Of a stretch of DNA of 64,000 bases, positions 61,261 to 64,000 are shown piece after piece. Origin of the DNA: Thalia democratica (Eukaryota). Each line of letters opens with the position of its first letter. Position 1 is the stretch's first letter. The notes under the pieces were generated by a model. It was given only the letters and a program-made list of their open reading frames with translations, was not told the DNA's origin and did no database searches. The position numbers were made by a program, and so were the translations under genes. Location: the NCBI GenBank assembly GCA_965202585.1, contig OZ241832.1, forward strand, positions 65,100,001 to 65,164,000, in the 5' to 3' direction.

Positions 61261-64000
61261 AATAAAAACAATGACAATTTATATCTAATTATCGAGCATG
61301 ATCACTTTATTGTTATCATTAAAACATTATTTAGTCTAATATGTAGACGAAATTATGATTATCGTTAGGGGTCTAGCATTGGTGCCTTCGGAATTTTTGT
61401 TCCTGACTGTCTGATTGATCTATCCCACCCACACCGCCCTAAAACTTCTCAATTTAATTTATTTTTATTGTGTAAGCTAGTGTTTGTGGTTAAGTCACTA
61501 AAATTTATTTTTTGCTCAACATTTCTTCAGTTAAAAAGTTAAAAAATTAATTTAATGAAGTTGCATTATTTTGTTGATTCCTTGCAAACTTGTTTTTCAA
61601 CAAACTTGTAGTGCATTGTAACTGAAATATTAAAAACTGAATCTAAATATAAACTTTACCTGAATGCTTGCGTTTGTAAAAGACGTCAGAATAAAATACT
61701 TTTGTTGATGAGAGCTTTTCTTCAGTCATTTTCATTGAAAAACTTATAATAATCTTGAAACATCAAAAGAATTAATCACAATAGTGATTTAAAGCTATCA
61801 CATTGGACCAGTAAAAAGTAGTTTTTGTTAATATTAAGCAAATATGTACTTTTGTATAAAAGCAAGTATTTTTAAGCTTAGTTTCTGTATTTGTTAAACA
61901 TTTTATAATTCATACTTATATATCATTCAAATCATTTTTATCAAAATTAAGTAGTATCCATGAGAGTCTACTAATTGAAACTTAAACGCTTTAGTTTATC
62001 TTTAAAAAAAAATAGTGCATTTTACTTTATTTATTTAACCCTAACATAAAATGTTTCGTTACTTAATTGGCTTAAAACGTGTGTATAAGACGTTATCATT
62101 AAAAAATAAGTTGTTCATTTATTATTTAAGTTGTTTTTGTATAATTTCATTAAAAATGTTTAACAAATACAGAAATAAACTTAGAAATACTTTTAAAGTA
62201 TATAATACTAAATGTTAACAAAAAGTGTTTTTACTGGTTTAATCTAATAACTTTGAATCACAGTAGTGACTAGTTCTGAATATGTTATGAGTTAAAATTA
62301 AAATGATGACAAAATATAAACTTTTTTTTATTTATAAGAAACTTTATTAGTACTCAAGCAATTCTTTTTTGGAAACTTAAAGATTAACTTATGTTAATTT
62401 ATAAGTACTTACAATTGTTGTTTTTTAGGAGTTTATTATTGAAAATGTTTCAACAAAAAACAGAAACTTAACTTAGAAAATAGTTGTTTTTATATAAAAA
62501 TACGTTTTTACTAAATCTTAACTAAATGTATTTTTTACTGATTTACTGCGATAACTTTGAATCACTGTAGTGTCAAATTCTTTTTATGTTATTAAGTTAC
62601 TAAATTACAACGTTTTATTGTACTAAAATATAAATTTTAACCTAAAATTTAAGAAAACAAAAATACGTTAAAAAGCAGTATTAAGTATATTTAAAACTTA
62701 TTCAATAAAACTTAAGTTACAAAAAGTGTTTAAAAATCTACTATTTAGTTTCTATTATCTTTAATTAAAGTACATTATACTGATAGTAATCCTAAACTGG
62801 ACAAAGAGCTAGTTACTCAAGTTTAACTAACTACATTTTATCTTATTAAATTATGAGTAGTCCGAACATATTAAAGAAATGTTTAAGTTTTATTCACACA
62901 TTGTTACAAATAATCTTCATTCGTAAATTATTCTTTACTAAATTTTATTAAACTTACTAATTTAATCCATGAAAATACTGTAAGTTAAACTTAGCTCTTT
63001 ATGAAAAAAACTAAAGTTGTAGTTCTACTTTTTAAACAGTATATACAAAATAGACAATGCAATAACCAAATATTTTATTCTCGTCAGTGGTAGATGGCAA
63101 TAAAGGAAAAAACAAACTTCAACTTGTATAGTAATATTAGCAACCATCATAGACAAATAATAATTACATACAAAGTTGATGACACAAAATTAATCAAAAT
63201 ACTTAGTATTATCAGAGTTAATTAAGTACAAACATATAAACACAAACAAAAGCGCTGAATAGATAAAGCAACACCATAACCCTATTACTTTTGCCTACAA
63301 AGGGTAGGTTTTCTATTCCAAATATTTACAGCCTCCATTTTTACACTTTTTTCGAAAAATGTGCACATCAGATTGCGAAATCTAAGTTATAACCAATAAC
63401 AAGTTTAGATTTAGTATAAAGAGGAGTAACATTAGAAATGGTATATAATCAATGTAATTCTAATAACTAAGTTTTAACTTTAGCCAGCAAATAAAACTAG
63501 TTCTAGTTTTAGTCACTTTAAAACAACAGTTTTACTGTTTAGTTTTACTTTTATCAATAAACTAAACTAATTTAAAAAAAAACTTTTGGTTTTATTTAAA
63601 TAAAAACATAATTTAACTGTTTAGTTTTAGTTTTACTCGACTAATAAGAGAGGTTTTGGTATAAGTAACTACATGATTTAATTATTCAACACTGTAGTTT
63701 TATTTTTTTTTTATAAAATTACTATATCTGTTAGTTTTAGTTTTAATCAGCTTACAATAGATGTTTTACAGTAAAGTTTTAGTTTTAGTGGCTTTATTAC
63801 AGTGACTTAACTACGTTTTCAATTTAAACTTCAGTTTTATCTGCTTAACATACTTTTAGTAACTCTATGTTTAACTCATATTACTTAAATCAATTTTATA
63901 TTTGTTATCAATTTACATCTATGGTTTAAATAAAGAGAAAATTATAAGAGTTGAAATGAATTATAAAATCTTTTACAATGTTTATGAAAAAAAAACAGTA

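Larger units (their letters stand above)
57840..64000. other. AT-rich spacer of unit B
   Basis: 60420-62560 is collinear with 23680-26000. No TE protein motifs recognised. Confidence 0.7.

Noticed and set aside
63480-63800. Telomeric repeat
   Set aside because: The motifs are TTAGTTT(T), irregular and not TTAGGG/TTAGG arrays.
1-64000. rRNA, tRNA or snRNA genes
   Set aside because: No stretch with recognisable conserved sequence or cloverleaf structure.

Overview
Very AT-rich eukaryotic (animal) genomic DNA. There is no intact host gene, rRNA, tRNA or CRISPR array. The transposon families resemble those of Hydra/cnidarian-type genomes; this is inference and the organism is not confirmed. The window holds about two copies of a >31 kb unit (copy A 1-31013, copy B from 31014). 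Each copy is a 22-26 kb patchwork of short, degraded transposon coding fragments followed by an AT-rich spacer with almost no recognisable coding fragments (23.0-31.0 kb; 57.8-64 kb). The fragments come from two Penelope-like retroelement families, two or three Mutator/MULE families, Merlin/IS1595-like, hAT-like and Ulp1 protease sequences. Every transposon fragment I could translate and recognise reads on the minus strand. The two copies differ by discrete 100-460 bp indels with minus-strand open frames and direct-repeat flanks. One of these inserts now sits in each unit of a 6 x ~1167 bp tandem array (35471-42472). The only recognisable plus-strand coding remnant is a two-exon axonemal dynein heavy chain (DNAH12-like) fragment at 57.3-57.8 kb. 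Best hypothesis (inference): a tandemly amplified, uni-strand piRNA-cluster-like library of antisense transposon fragments that is still acquiring new pieces. Coordinates of degenerate fragments are approximate.
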